Shown here one piece after another: positions 12,030 to 23,949 of a stretch of DNA of 64,000 nucleotides. Within the stretch, counting starts at the first letter, position 1. Each line of letters opens with the position of its first letter. Position numbers and translations under genes: made by a program. The notes under the pieces were generated by a model. That model did no database searches. It had not been told where the DNA came from and saw nothing but the letters and a program-made list of their open reading frames with translations. This stretch comes from Epiperipatus broadwayi (Eukaryota > Animalia > Onychophora). The stretch spans positions 19,468,001-19,532,000 of the forward strand of contig JAQFVV010000006.1 of assembly GCA_028023455.1 (NCBI GenBank), read 5' to 3'.

Positions 12030-15000
12030 AAATTTATCCCTTCAGTATTTTGTGATTTCAAAAGCAAAGTGCATAAACGACATGGATTCCCATAATTTGA
12101 TCAAAAATATATATATTACGGTTATATTTATTAAACAATTTTTTTTTGTTTCTAATAAGAAATATTTTAAGTAAAACTCATTTAAGTTTCATTCATCTCC
12201 CATTTAAAAAACAGAGAAGGAAGCATTTTTAATAAGCTCCGTTAATCTAGAGCAATTTATTTTTAATTGAATTATAATACAGAGCAGCTGATCACATTAT
12301 TATTATTATTTAAGTATTAATTCATGATCAGAGGGGAAAAACTGGATTAATAAGTGCAGGGTCATGTGACTTGGGGGGGGGGACTAAGCTCAACCTAAGC
12401 TTGTCATTTTGAATGATATGTTTCCATTAATTCTAATTTTCTGACATTTATTGAATTATTCTATTCAATATCTAAATTCTCTTTTAAATATCTATCTATA
12501 ATGAGGAAGGGGGGATATATCGCTTTAAGTGTTATTAATGTTTAATTTGCTAAATTTTTAACTGTTTTTTTTTAATACAATATTATAAAGCAATCTATAA
12601 TATTCAAAAACCTTAACAGAAATCAGGAGGGCAAAAAAAAAAAGAAATATCGCAAAAACATTTACAAAATAACTTCAAATGCCAATAGTAGATAAAAACA
12701 GTTGTAAAAACCCCTTGTCTTCCCAGAGAAAAGTGAAGTCATTATTATTTACCAGATTGCCCAAATACAGTTTGGCAATGTTTTTTGTTTTATTGCTTCC
12801 CTTCCTAGTTTTACCTTCTGAACTAAGAATAATTCAATATTCATTTGCTGACCAATAATGAATGGCTAGCCTGGTACATATTGGGAAAAAATCCTAAACT
12901 TGCTTGTAATTCTCAAATAGCATTCCTGTATTTGAGCATTAGACTGTGATCATGGCTGATGAGTGCACTAACAACTACACTGGGAGAGGCTTTGCACTCT
13001 CCAGCATTTAAAATACAAAAAAATAAACAAAAGTAAATAAAGGAGGCCCATGAAAAATATGATTTATTTGGACAAAAATTTAAATTAAACCTACTTTTAG
13101 CAGATTAAGTTTCAAATACAAATTTCATCACCAATTAAAAAAAGCAATATCTTGTCATTGCAGCCAGATCATTCTGACCTCAATCATTCTTTTTTTTTTA
13201 CTATTTATCATATTTTAAAAATGAGATGACCTTGATCTATCCTTCAACTTTCTTTCTAAAACATCCTCTCCAAAACATTTTGTAGAAATTGGAGTATTTT
13301 AAAATTGTCCAAAAGTTTGTGATGATGGTGTTTTATTTATAAGTTATGCATGCATTAGCCTACAGTCCACACATAATTACAAATTCAGTACAAATTTTCA
13401 AAATCTTGATCCCTCAACTTTCTTGATCCTATTCCCAGATTAACGAGCTATAAAATGTTCTTAAACCACCCATCTGCTGCTTAAACTTTAACAAGAATAA
13501 TATAAGCATGGTTAATTTTAATATCCATTGGAGAAATATTTGCAGCATTTTGCATATTGAATACTTATTTTTTACATTAATACAGTCAGAGATCCTGAGA
13601 CAAACATTTATATTTTTTCTCCCACTTTCTTGATGTAAAATTCGCCTAAGCTTTCACAACCAATAACTCTTTTTTTTTTTCTTTACTTACTTCCAGAAAG
13701 AGATTTAGCAATTAAATTTTATTATTTTTTAAAAGCTCAATTATAGTGAATAAATTTTTAAAAAATTAGTGATGGAAGTTTTATCCTAAACAAAGCATTC
13801 TGAATCATTTTCCCTCTTTCATTTGTATTTGTAAATTCATTCAGCAAACATTTTTAACATCTGCATGAAAAGGTTTTATTATTTTCCTCATAAAATACTT
13901 CATCTTAAAATGTAAATCTAGTTTGAATGGAATGAGATGACAAAAAAAGAAAAGTTAAGGAGATGTGGTTTAATGACAATCATATCATTAATTTAAAAAA
14001 AAAAGTGTTCAACTCTTCACTAAATGGAATATGTAAAAATGTAATTTAAATAATCTCATCTATACATAATTATTCCTTGTTATTAATTGGGCAACATACC
14101 TAGCTAATCAGTGAAATCTATGAATCTGGTGACCTACATTGAATGTGTACTCAGTTGTTTCTAAGATTTTGTAAATGATGTTTGCTAAATAAAATAAAGC
14201 ATAGTATTACTTTTCCAATTTACATTTAAAATCTGTTTTAAAAATTGTAATCCCATTCTATTGCTCTATTCAATAGCCATTTATTACAATCTTGAATATC
14301 GAATGGTCACTAGATAGTAATGGTTTAGGATATTTGAATCTCAAAACATTAGCTTAGATAATATATATAAAAGTAAATATGGCTGGTGGATGTGTGTAAA
14401 TGCAAAGATTAATAGGAATTTACTGATATGTTACATCTACTATTACTATCCATTGATTACTCATCTTTATGAATCAGCTTAACATGATAAAGATAAAATG
14501 TTATACACATTGGTGATGAAGATAAAAATTAAATTTATCAATAAACACAAGTCTTGTACAATGCAGATAACAAAAAAAAAAAAGCAATACAATGCAGCAA
14601 TCTACAAAAGTAAACCACCAAGGTAGGCAATGCAGAGTTAAACAGAAGCAGAAAAATAAAACTGGAAAAAAAATAAAATAGCTATAAATTCAAGAAACTA
14701 ATAGAGTGGACTAATACAGTGGATTATGGGTCTAATGCAAATAAAAGACCTATTTAAGTAAATTGTAACTTATGCTGAAACAATAGACATAAACAAAAAA
14801 GAAAACACAGCAATTGATTTTTTTAGTTGATTCATTCTGAATAATTCTTTTGAGTAATTCTATATTATATAGGGTACTTGAGTACTAGAGCTGCAATTTA
14901 GAGGAGATAGAAAACCTTTTCACACCCACAATAAATGTGACATATCACGATGATGTCATATAGAAAGAAATAATCCTGCATTTTTCATTGATAATGATGT

Positions 15001-15113
15001 CATATTGAAAGAAATAATTGGACATTTTTCAGTTATTGTTCAGATTTGTTTCTGACAACAGCTATTTTTTCCATTGTGATATTCATGTCATTTTCATTGT
15101 GTTTTTGATTTAA

Positions 15114-15996
15114 CCCTTCAACCGCTGATTATATCATTCGCCGCAGGAGATAAAAATCAAAGCTTTTAATTGGCCAATTCACAAACTGATGTGTCAATTT
15201 TTCAAAAGATTTTGACCGTTTATTAATATATTCACTTTAGTTTCGTTTGTAAAAAGTATATTAATAATTTGTCAGATTATGAAAGTGAACGAAGTTTGTT
15301 CAAAAAATAAATTTTGATTTATAATTTAAAAAATTTTTGATTACGGCTGAAATGAAAAGAAACGTCAAGCATCAATTCCACGTTATGATTTCTACTTCCC
15401 ACTTTGCAATAAATAAATAATTCTTGCTAAAATCTTAACTATTTTTGTAAAATAATATTTATTTTTAGCATATTATAAGAAAATAATTTGATAATATTTA
15501 TTTTTAGCATATTATAAGAAAATAATTTGTATTTCCATCAAAAAATACTTTAAAATGCTCTAAAACATTCGTTTATCATTTTCAAAATAAAACAAAAACC
15601 ATTCGTAACTTTTTACTTTTTGGCAGCCATAGTCTTTTTTACAAAATTTCAACAGCCAATAAGATTCAAGAAAAAATGGTTAGAAGGCGGTGCTTTTCCA
15701 GTTTCTTTCTTTACAAAATTTCAACAGCCAATAAGATTCAAGAAAAGATGTGAGAAGGCGGTGTGCTTTGGTTTTCTTTGAAAGATGTGAGAAGGCGGTG
15801 CGCTTTGGTTTTCTTTGACATAAATGGTCATCTTATTGATTTTTTACTTGTAAAATAATTCAATAGATGGCAGCATCTTATAGAACTGTTTTCCTTCTAA
15901 AAAATGACGTCAAAACCGTAAACGTAGTACAAAAACAAAGTGATTTATAGTGATGTCAAGTTTCCTCGGTTAAAAACGAGCCGATCAGGTGAAAGA
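15114..15996. mobile_element. piggyBac-like non-autonomous element
   Basis: TTAA at 15110-15113 and 15997-16000; 5' end CCCTTCAACCGCTGAT with an imperfect match at the other end. The empty site gtttttgatTTAAtttctt survives in the opposite arm of the inverted repeat (about 21660-21680). Confidence 0.7.
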
Positions 15997-16329
15997 TTAA
16001 TTTCTTTATAAAAAAATGAGAGCAGTTTTATGAAAATCCCAGCATACTTTGCAATCAAGTGGTTTCATTTTTGGCACAAAAATTTTTACTGCAGATCTCC
16101 ATTTTCTGTGGTAATATTTAATAGGAAAAGTTTGGTTATGTCAAGTTTCCTCGGTTAAAAACGAGCCGATCAGGTGAAAGATGAAACATTAATTTCTTTA
16201 TGAAAAAATGAGAGCAGTTTTATGAAAATCCCAGCATACTTTGCAATCAAGTGGTTTCATTTTTGGCACAAAAATCTTTACTGCAGATCTCCATTTTCTA
16301 CGGTAATATTTAATAGGAAAAGTTTGGTT
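15953..16329. repeat. Young tandem duplication, period 185 bp
   Basis: 15953-16137 is repeated almost identically at 16138-16329 (7-bp insertion in the second copy) and spans the piggyBac-like end junction. Confidence 0.95.
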
Positions 16330-16734
16330 TTAACACATAAATTTCTGTTATATATTACATAGTAAGTGTCTAAGGAATATAGTTAATGTATTATTATCCA
16401 AATTCATTCAAAATCATAATCATTTACTGCTTTGTGTATATTTAAACAACTATTTTTTTGATCAATGGCGTTATTCTTAAAACTTATTTTTTTTTTTTTT
16501 AAAGTTGTTCAAAAATACTTGTCAAAATCATTCAGCAAAAAAAAAAAACATGTACACAGATCTTTGTTTCAAAAATATATTTATTAATCACTTTGTGTAC
16601 AAATTAGAAAGAATATATACAAGGTTAAATGAGGTTATGCTGAGTTCTGAGAGTTCTTATGAGTGGTTTAGTAAGCCAGCATGTTTGTTGTTCTGTTGTT
16701 ATAAGTGGGAAGGGTGAATAGGTTCCAGGTGTCC

Positions 16735-19700
16735 TCAAAGGATTTTTTTGGGAGAGATGAGCTCATCTCTTTTCCTGATTTTCTTTATTGTTTCGCAAAT
16801 CAACAGATCTGGGTCTAGGCAAGGCAGTTCCATTATCAACTTGCAACGTACTACCCAGATTGCATAGGGAATGAAAATGGATAGTCTAATGATAGCAAAT
16901 GTTCCGGTGTGGATCGCTTTTATGGGCAAGAGAATTAGGTCCGGTCTGATATTGGAGTTGGTGAAGTCTATATCTCTGACTGTTTTAAGGTTTGGACAGC
17001 GATATATGAAGTGCTCAATGATTTCCTCTTCATGAGAACATAAACTGCAGGTTGGATCAATGTTGGAGTTACCTCTTCGGTAAAATAGGAACCAATTTGT
17101 GGGAAGTGCGCTAAGGTTAATTTTGATGATGAAGTCCAGATATTTGGGCTCCAGACACCATCTTTTAAAGTGGGTAATTAATTTTTGGTTTGTGAGGTTG
17201 AGGCTACTTTGGGGAGGTTGTGAATGTGGGATGATTAGGTGATACGCATCTCACAAGGCGATTTTAACGTTGAGATTGGTGTCCATGATTGGTTTGAATT
17301 GACTTAAAAGATTGATAAGGGATGATATCCATGGTGTTTTCCCTGGTGGGGGTCGATCTGTTGGGGAAATCTTTTCGGTGATGTTGTTATAGCCAAAGGA
17401 ATGTATCAAATTATGTAGCATATTGTGTGTTTTTTGGAGGATGGCTGCTTGAATAGAGTGGAAAGACAAGCCATTGAACCTCCAAGGCAGCTGGATTTGT
17501 CGGAGGCTGATGGCCACAGTCTTCCCTCTCCAGAAGAGTTTGGTACATAGGCGATTAATCTTGTTCTGAAACTGTTTGGTTAGTTTGATGAAGGGCAGGT
17601 AATATATAATTTTTGGTAATATTGTCATATTCAGGAGCCCTACCTTTCCATATAGTGAGAGATAGGCTCTATAGAGAGAGATGTGGTGATGTGCTCTGTT
17701 GTTTGGAGGATACCATCCTGTATTTCTCTGGCCATTACCATTGATGATTTGAAGATGGAAAACCCCAAGAAATCTTTGTGGTTTGGCAGTATAGGTAGAT
17801 GATATTTGTTTTCCTGACTTTATCTGCCAGATAGCTGATTTGTTGTGATTTATTTGTAAATGATATTTTGCAGAATATCGATTTAAAATGGATTGTAGTT
17901 GGGGAAGGTATTTTATGGTAGGTAGAACAATCATGATGTCATCTATGTAGGCAAATGAGTTGAGATGTTTATTGATGGATGGAACGAATACTCCCGGAAG
18001 ATTTTTTTTAATATCCATCAGTAGAGGATTTATGTATGCTGTGAAGCATAGAGCACTAGGGGGGAACCTTGAGGGAGAGATTTAAAAGGTTTGAAGCCTG
18101 GTGTGAGCTTGCCATCCAGTGAGACAAAGATTTCTCTGTTGCTTAATAGATTACTGATTATTTGTATAATGGTGACTGGAACATCATATTCAGCCAGCAG
18201 ATTCAGCAGGATGTCTATGTGCACTGAATCAAAAGCCGCAATGATATCCAGATGGACAGCAATGGGTTTAGATTTCTTTTGTATTCTGATATAATCAATG
18301 AGAGCCATAACGTTAGCCATAGCATGTGAGGTGGAGGCGCTTTTTTCCCATATTGATTAGGAGAAATGTGTTTAAAGGACTATAGGTTGAATTTGATCCT
18401 TGATGACTGACTCCATTATCTTGATTAGCAATGGGGTCATGGAGATTGGTTGAATACTGGTTAGATCAGTGAGTGGTTTTTGTTTTTTCAAAAAAGGCAC
18501 TAGTGCCACTGGATACAGATCAGCTATATTTCTGTGCCCAGTAGCTAAGTGTTCAATCATTTTGACCATGATGGGAATCGTAAACTGACTTAGGTGGTTT
18601 AAAAGGAACTTAGGGATGCCATGTAGAACTGGATGAATGCTATCTGGGAGAGATAAGTTTTCTTTTTAAGTAGAGCTTCTGTAATGCCATGCTTGCCTGG
18701 ATTCCCAGATTCCAGCCAGTCTAGTTTAGAAGGAGGACTATCTGCTTGCATAAGTTGTTGATGATGCTGACTGATGAGTAACATCATAGGATAACCTACA
18801 AGTGTGTTTCTGTTACTGGTAATTGATGATGGGGTAACTTGTTGTCTATTTGTCCCTAGAGCCCATCTGAGATACCCTCTTGTCCAACAATGTTGTTGAG
18901 ACAAGAAGAATTTAGACCTCCTGATGGATATATATTCTGCAAGAGATTTTTGTTTATTACGGTAAAGGTTTTTAAGTGATAAGATGACTTCTATATTGAA
19001 AGGATTCTGTTGCACCATTTGTAGTTGATTTTCAATGTCTGTGAGGTCTCTGAGTAGGCTACTTGGGCCTTTAATTTTTCTGGTGTGATGGTTTAGAATG
19101 GATTGGAGAATATTGGTATATGTGAACCAGGCTTCTTCAGCTGGAAGGGAAAGGATGTTGATCTTTCGGAAATAAATGTAGGCCTCAGAAACTATGGCTT
19201 CTGTCATGCTGGACTTTGTGACCATACGCATAGTTCTGTCGGGCCCCGCAGCAGGCACTGGAGCCGCAATAGCTTCTAGATGGATAACTATTGCCATATG
19301 ATCTGAGAAAGAGACAGGAACCAAAGCTGCATCAATATAAAAGTGGAGTTCTGGTGTATAATATATCAGGTCAATCAGGGATCTTCGAGTTCTGGTGTAA
19401 AAGGAAAAGGCACCTGGGGGGAAGAAGCCCTCTCCGCACATCAGTCTTTAATTTAAGTGATGGACGAATCTAGTATTAAAGTTTTGATATGTGGTATTGA
19501 AATCTCCCAAGAGGATTGTCAGACTGGTTCTGTTGCTGATGATGGCATTTAGCGTATGGATTATGTTGTAATATTGAGTTGTATTATTGGCCGTGTACAC
19601 ATAGGCAATGATAATAGGGTAGTCTCAGTAGTCAACCTCAATAATAATGTTGTTGTCTAACAGCAGAAGATTAAAACTATTGGGGGGTATTGCATTATTA

Positions 19701-19924
19701 ACCAGGATGCCAACTCTTCCAGAAGCCGAGGAGCCAATAGAAAGTCTGCTATAACCTGATAATGAAAGCAGTGCTAGGATTTTATGATCAGTGTTCTGAT
19801 GGTATTTAGTCTCTCCCATTAGGAATATATGCGGGGAGTTGAGGGCAATCAAATTTTTAATAGAATAGGTTCTACCCAATGAGTTGATGCCACGAACATT
19901 GATTCCAGCGATTTTACAGTTCAT
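16735..19924 (-). pseudogene. Frameshifted ORF2 (APE endonuclease, RT, CCHC zinc knuckle)
   Basis: MNCKIAGINVRG..GETK; SLIDLIYY..FSDH; LDIIAAFDSV; QGSPL; AYIDD; LFWRGK...QLPWRFNGLS; CSLCSHEEEIIEHFIYRC (about 16990-17050). Confidence 0.9.
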
Positions 19925-19933
19925 AATCTAGTT

Positions 19934-20362
19934 TTATGTCTCTTCGACCAGCAGCTCTGAGTCAGTGGATGACTCATCCCAACCAATGTCATCTGGGTCT
20001 TTTGCAGCATCCACCTTCTCAGAAGGCACCTGAGAAAGAGAGGAAAGGGTCAGTAGAAATTCTTGGCAGTCGTTTAAAATTGAAGCGGGGGTATAACTTG
20101 TTGGGGTGTCTTCCAATGGTTCCAGGGGATTGGATGCCGGAAGATCCATAGTTTTCCTCTTCTTTTCAGAAGATTTGAGATGTTTAGCTGGGGTTAGATC
20201 TGTTGTTTGATTGTTGGAGGGAGGTTGTAAATCATTTGGAGGTTGAGCATTCTCTTCATCTGAACTGGAATTGTCTGAGAGGACCAACTTTCTTTTGTGT
20301 ATCTTGTTAGTCTGATTTGCAATTGCGGATATATCTATAGTGTTTTGATGTTTTGCTTTTCG
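19934..20362 (-). pseudogene. C-terminal part of ORF1 of the L1/Tx1-like element
   Basis: Open frame (RKAKHQNTIDIS...KRKLVLSDNSSSDEE...LLVEET*) ending 9 bp before the ORF2 ATG; low-complexity basic and acidic composition. Confidence 0.65.
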
Positions 20363-20994
20363 ATTTACCAGGGCTCACATCAACTCAGATCAATCAAGCA
20401 ACACCTAATCCTACTGCAAACAATGACTCTACCCAGGTCCATATCACCCAAACCTCAACAAAAATTCCAAACAAACCTGAAAAGACATCTTCAAATATCA
20501 CAATCACCAATACATCATTACAAACCAATACTACTCAAGAGCAAATGGAGGTAGAAGTTGACACAAACCTCTGGGATGATCTTGTTGACCAAAATCTCAC
20601 ACAACAAGTTCATAAGGCCATCACTCATCTTAATAAATCTGACCTAGACACAGAGGAAGGCAAGGATCTCTCAAACCCAATAGACCTTGAAGATAGTAAC
20701 TATACCATTATAAAACCCAAATCCACCTCCATCCAGCAAAAAACTCTTTTTTCCAAAAATCCATCTCCATCCAGCAAAAAAGGCAATCAAAACAATAAGC
20801 AGACTACTCACAAAACATCCCTGCAAACCCATTAAAACAATAAAGAAGTGTCTGCAAACATAAACTGTTTATTGGAAAATAAATCTCAAGCTACCCAACG
20901 GTCACCGCCATCAGAGCATTGCTCAGAGCTCAATGAAAACCAAAAAAATAACAACTCACAAAGACTTTCGACAGTCAAAAAACCTAAAAAAGAC
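20363..20994 (+). pseudogene. Inverted upstream part of ORF1
   Basis: A/C-rich sense bias flips to the + strand at about 20360. One frame (20353..20835, then 20848 onward) is interrupted by a single TAA and lies inside the TSD pair. Confidence 0.6.
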
Positions 20995-22094
20995 TGTACA
21001 CAGATCTTTCTTCAACAAAAGTCAACAATTACAAAGTTATTGGGAGGTTGATACGAATGTCAACAGCCACAGTAGGTCTAATACATGCTCTGTGTTGCCA
21101 GACTAAAAGTAAGTAAATAATAATAAAATATGATATAATTTAAATATATACCAAACGAACAATAAATGATTTTGATTTTTTAGTAATTTGTATAAAAATA
21201 CATTAACTACTAGGATTATCATAAAACTGCTAATAAACATCTTTATATATATATATATGTCAAAGCATTGACCAGGAAGCAAATCCAGGCCTTACACATA
21301 CACCGAATGAATAATAAATGATTTTGACTTTTTAAATAATTTTGAACAACTTTAAAAAAAAACAAACAAAGTTTTAAGAATGATGCCATTAATCAAAAAA
21401 ATAATTATTTAAATATACACAAAACAAACAGTAAATGATTATGATTTTGAATGAATTTGGATAAAAATACATTAACTGCATTCCTTCGACACTTCACCAT
21501 GTAATATATAACAGAAATTTATGTATTAAAATCAAACTTTTCCTATCAAATATTACCACAGAAAATGGAGATATGCAGTAAAAATTTTCAAGCCAAAATT
21601 GAAACCACTTGATTGCAAAATATACTGGGATTTTCATAAAACTGCTATCATTTTTTTATAAAAGAAATTAAATCAAAAACACAATGAAAATGACAAGAAA
21701 ATTACAATGGAAAAAATAACTGTTGTCAGAAACAAATCTGGACAATAACTGAAAAATGTTCGAATATTTCTTTCAATGTAACACCATCTATGATGATATG
21801 ATGTCAACTATGATATCATCGTGACATGACACATTTATTGTGGGTGTGAAAACATCTCTCGATCTCCCCTATGTTGTGGCAGCTTTAGTATTCAAGTACC
21901 CTATATAGTATAGAATTGCTCAAAAGAATTATTCAGAACAAATGGTTGTGTGCTAATCTATCATATCACCTGCTTGATGGCGTTGATGCTAAGCAAAAGC
22001 ACAATGATATAACGTTCCTGGGCCAGTCATTCTATACAACTACGATGTCCATAAAATTAAAAAAAAAATAAAAAAAAAATATAAAAATGTAAGT

Positions 22095-22640
22095 AGACTT
22101 TTTGGGACAGTAATTAATCAGAGACTGGCTTTGTGTGTGTGTCAATAAAAAAGTATGTTACTTTTCAATAGCAAATAATAGTACATTGGAGACCTTTTTG
22201 GACAGTAATTCCAACAAAATTTTACAATGAAAGCTGACTTTGACCTTTTTGGGACAGTAATTAATCAGAGACAGGCTTCTTTTTTTTTATTTTTTTACTT
22301 TGCGTATTGGAAAAGTTACAGTACTTTTTAAATGCAAAATTAAGTTACATTTTTACCCCCTTTTTTTGGACAGTAATTAATCAGACACCGTGTTTTGGAA
22401 GGTAAAAATTAAATTATATTGCACTCTTTTTGTGTGTGTATATATATAAAATTACATAACTTTTTAATAACAAATAATAAATATAGCAGAACCTTATTTG
22501 GACACTAATTAATCAGACGGGCTGTTTTTTTTTTTTTTTTTACATATCAGAAAAGTTATGGTAATTTTTTAAGAAAAAATTAAATCACACTTAAAAAAAT
22601 TAAATCATATTTTATCACTTTTTGGACAGTAATTAATCAG
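22095..22640. repeat. Array of six copies of TTTGGACAGTAATTAATCAG with diverged spacers
   Basis: Copies start near 22101, 22195 (partial), 22246, 22361, 22497 and 22619. Confidence 0.9.
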
Positions 22641-22729
22641 GCACTGCATTTTGGGATGGGGGAAATTAAATTTGATTGGAATTTACCAAGTGAAGTTATT
22701 AATAATTATAACAAACTATTTATTATAAT

Positions 22730-23285
22730 GAAATCCAACTCCGGTATCTGGCAATTGGCAATTTTTAGAGTTGGCAGCAGCCATCTTCCTTGTATCGGAC
22801 GATTTCTCGTGATACATTACTTTCATCATGATTTTCGAAATAGTGCTGTGCTCCACCCTAAAATACAATTTGTAACGCTAACACAGTCCTGATGGAACAG
22901 TGACAACACTGTTAAAAGTGTTAGAAGGTACCAGAAAGTCAGTTCACATGAAACAAAAAAAGGTCGACCTGAAAAGTTAAATTATTTAGACATGATGCAG
23001 TCAACACACCGTCACATGATACTGTAGTGAAAATATACAATCCAGCATTACGATAAAGTGCATAACACAACTACAGCAGCCAATGAAGGCATTTTTCTGT
23101 GCTTTTAGCATAGAAAAAAAGTTACAGTGGTAGCCGGCAACTGGGTAAACTGATTCTTGCTGTGTTTTATCGTAGAAAGAAAGCTATCTGCTTGGTTGTG
23201 GCCGCGGAAACGGCATATTTCTAACAATTTAGCAAGAAATAGCACTTCAAGTGGCTGACATGATAGATCAGAACACAACCGAATG
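22730..23285. promoter_or_regulatory. CpG-rich, promoter-like island (tentative)
   Basis: Many CpGs in a CpG-poor window; YY1-like GCCATCTT at 22780-22787; CCAAT; X-box-like GTAGCCGGCAAC at 23130-23141; no TE coding remnant recognised. Confidence 0.4.
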
Positions 23286-23949
23286 AATCAAATAAACAGA
23301 CAAAAAAAAAATCAAAATTTTGTCTGGTCTTCAAAATCTTATATAAATAGTTGATTAATTCACATAGATTAAATGTTATCTTAGATGGCGTCTTAGCAAA
23401 GTGATTTAATTAACTCATGAGTTCAGATTATAATATAGATTCTATTATTTTTAAATGCATAATAATCATAACTGGTATTTATTTACATGGTAGTTAAAAT
23501 TAACAAAATTAATTATAGATATTATATTACAATAATGAATTAAAAATTAGTACAAAAGATAATAATAGTCATTATAAAAAATAAGCTTTATTTTAAATTG
23601 AACAAATTTAATAAAGAGTATTCCAGGATTCACTTCATGCCAAAAAATTCATGTAAAAGTTGACACACACCCACACCCTAATACACGTATTCAAATAATT
23701 CTAAAGCCGCAAAATTAACAAAATCCATCAAGAGATTACTGTATCCATTCTAAGATGTGACTTTTTCAAAAACACTTTTTATAAGAGATAACTAATAATT
23801 ATATAAGCATTTAAAGGGTATTTTAGATGCTTTTAAAAATTACATATTAATTGTTCATATTCATGTATGCTTATTATTTCAATATATATATAAGTAATAT
23901 ATTTCAATATATATATAAGTAATATATTTCAATGAGGATATATAAGTAA

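Larger units (their letters stand above)
16566..20994 (-). mobile_element. L1/Tx1-like non-LTR retrotransposon with an inverted 5' segment
   Basis: Perfect 15-bp TSD TGTACACAGATCTTT at 16551-16565 and 20995-21009; AATAAA 20 nt from the 3' end; APE, RT and zinc-knuckle coding remnants. Confidence 0.9.
14835..21938. repeat. Long inverted repeat or foldback-like element (arms about 620-640 bp) hosting nested insertions
   Basis: 14835-15113 plus about 16190-16535 is the reverse complement of about 21310-21938. The native spacer is about 330 bp once the L1/Tx1 insertion is removed. Confidence 0.75.

Noticed and set aside
12956-13000. CTGATGAG followed by a gagtgca/tgcactc stem
   Set aside because: No GAAA after the stem and no downstream box D, so neither a hammerhead nor a C/D snoRNA.
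22095-22640. CRISPR array interpretation of the repeat-spacer pattern
   Set aside because: Eukaryotic context, no cas genes, irregular spacing and spacers that are homologous to one another.
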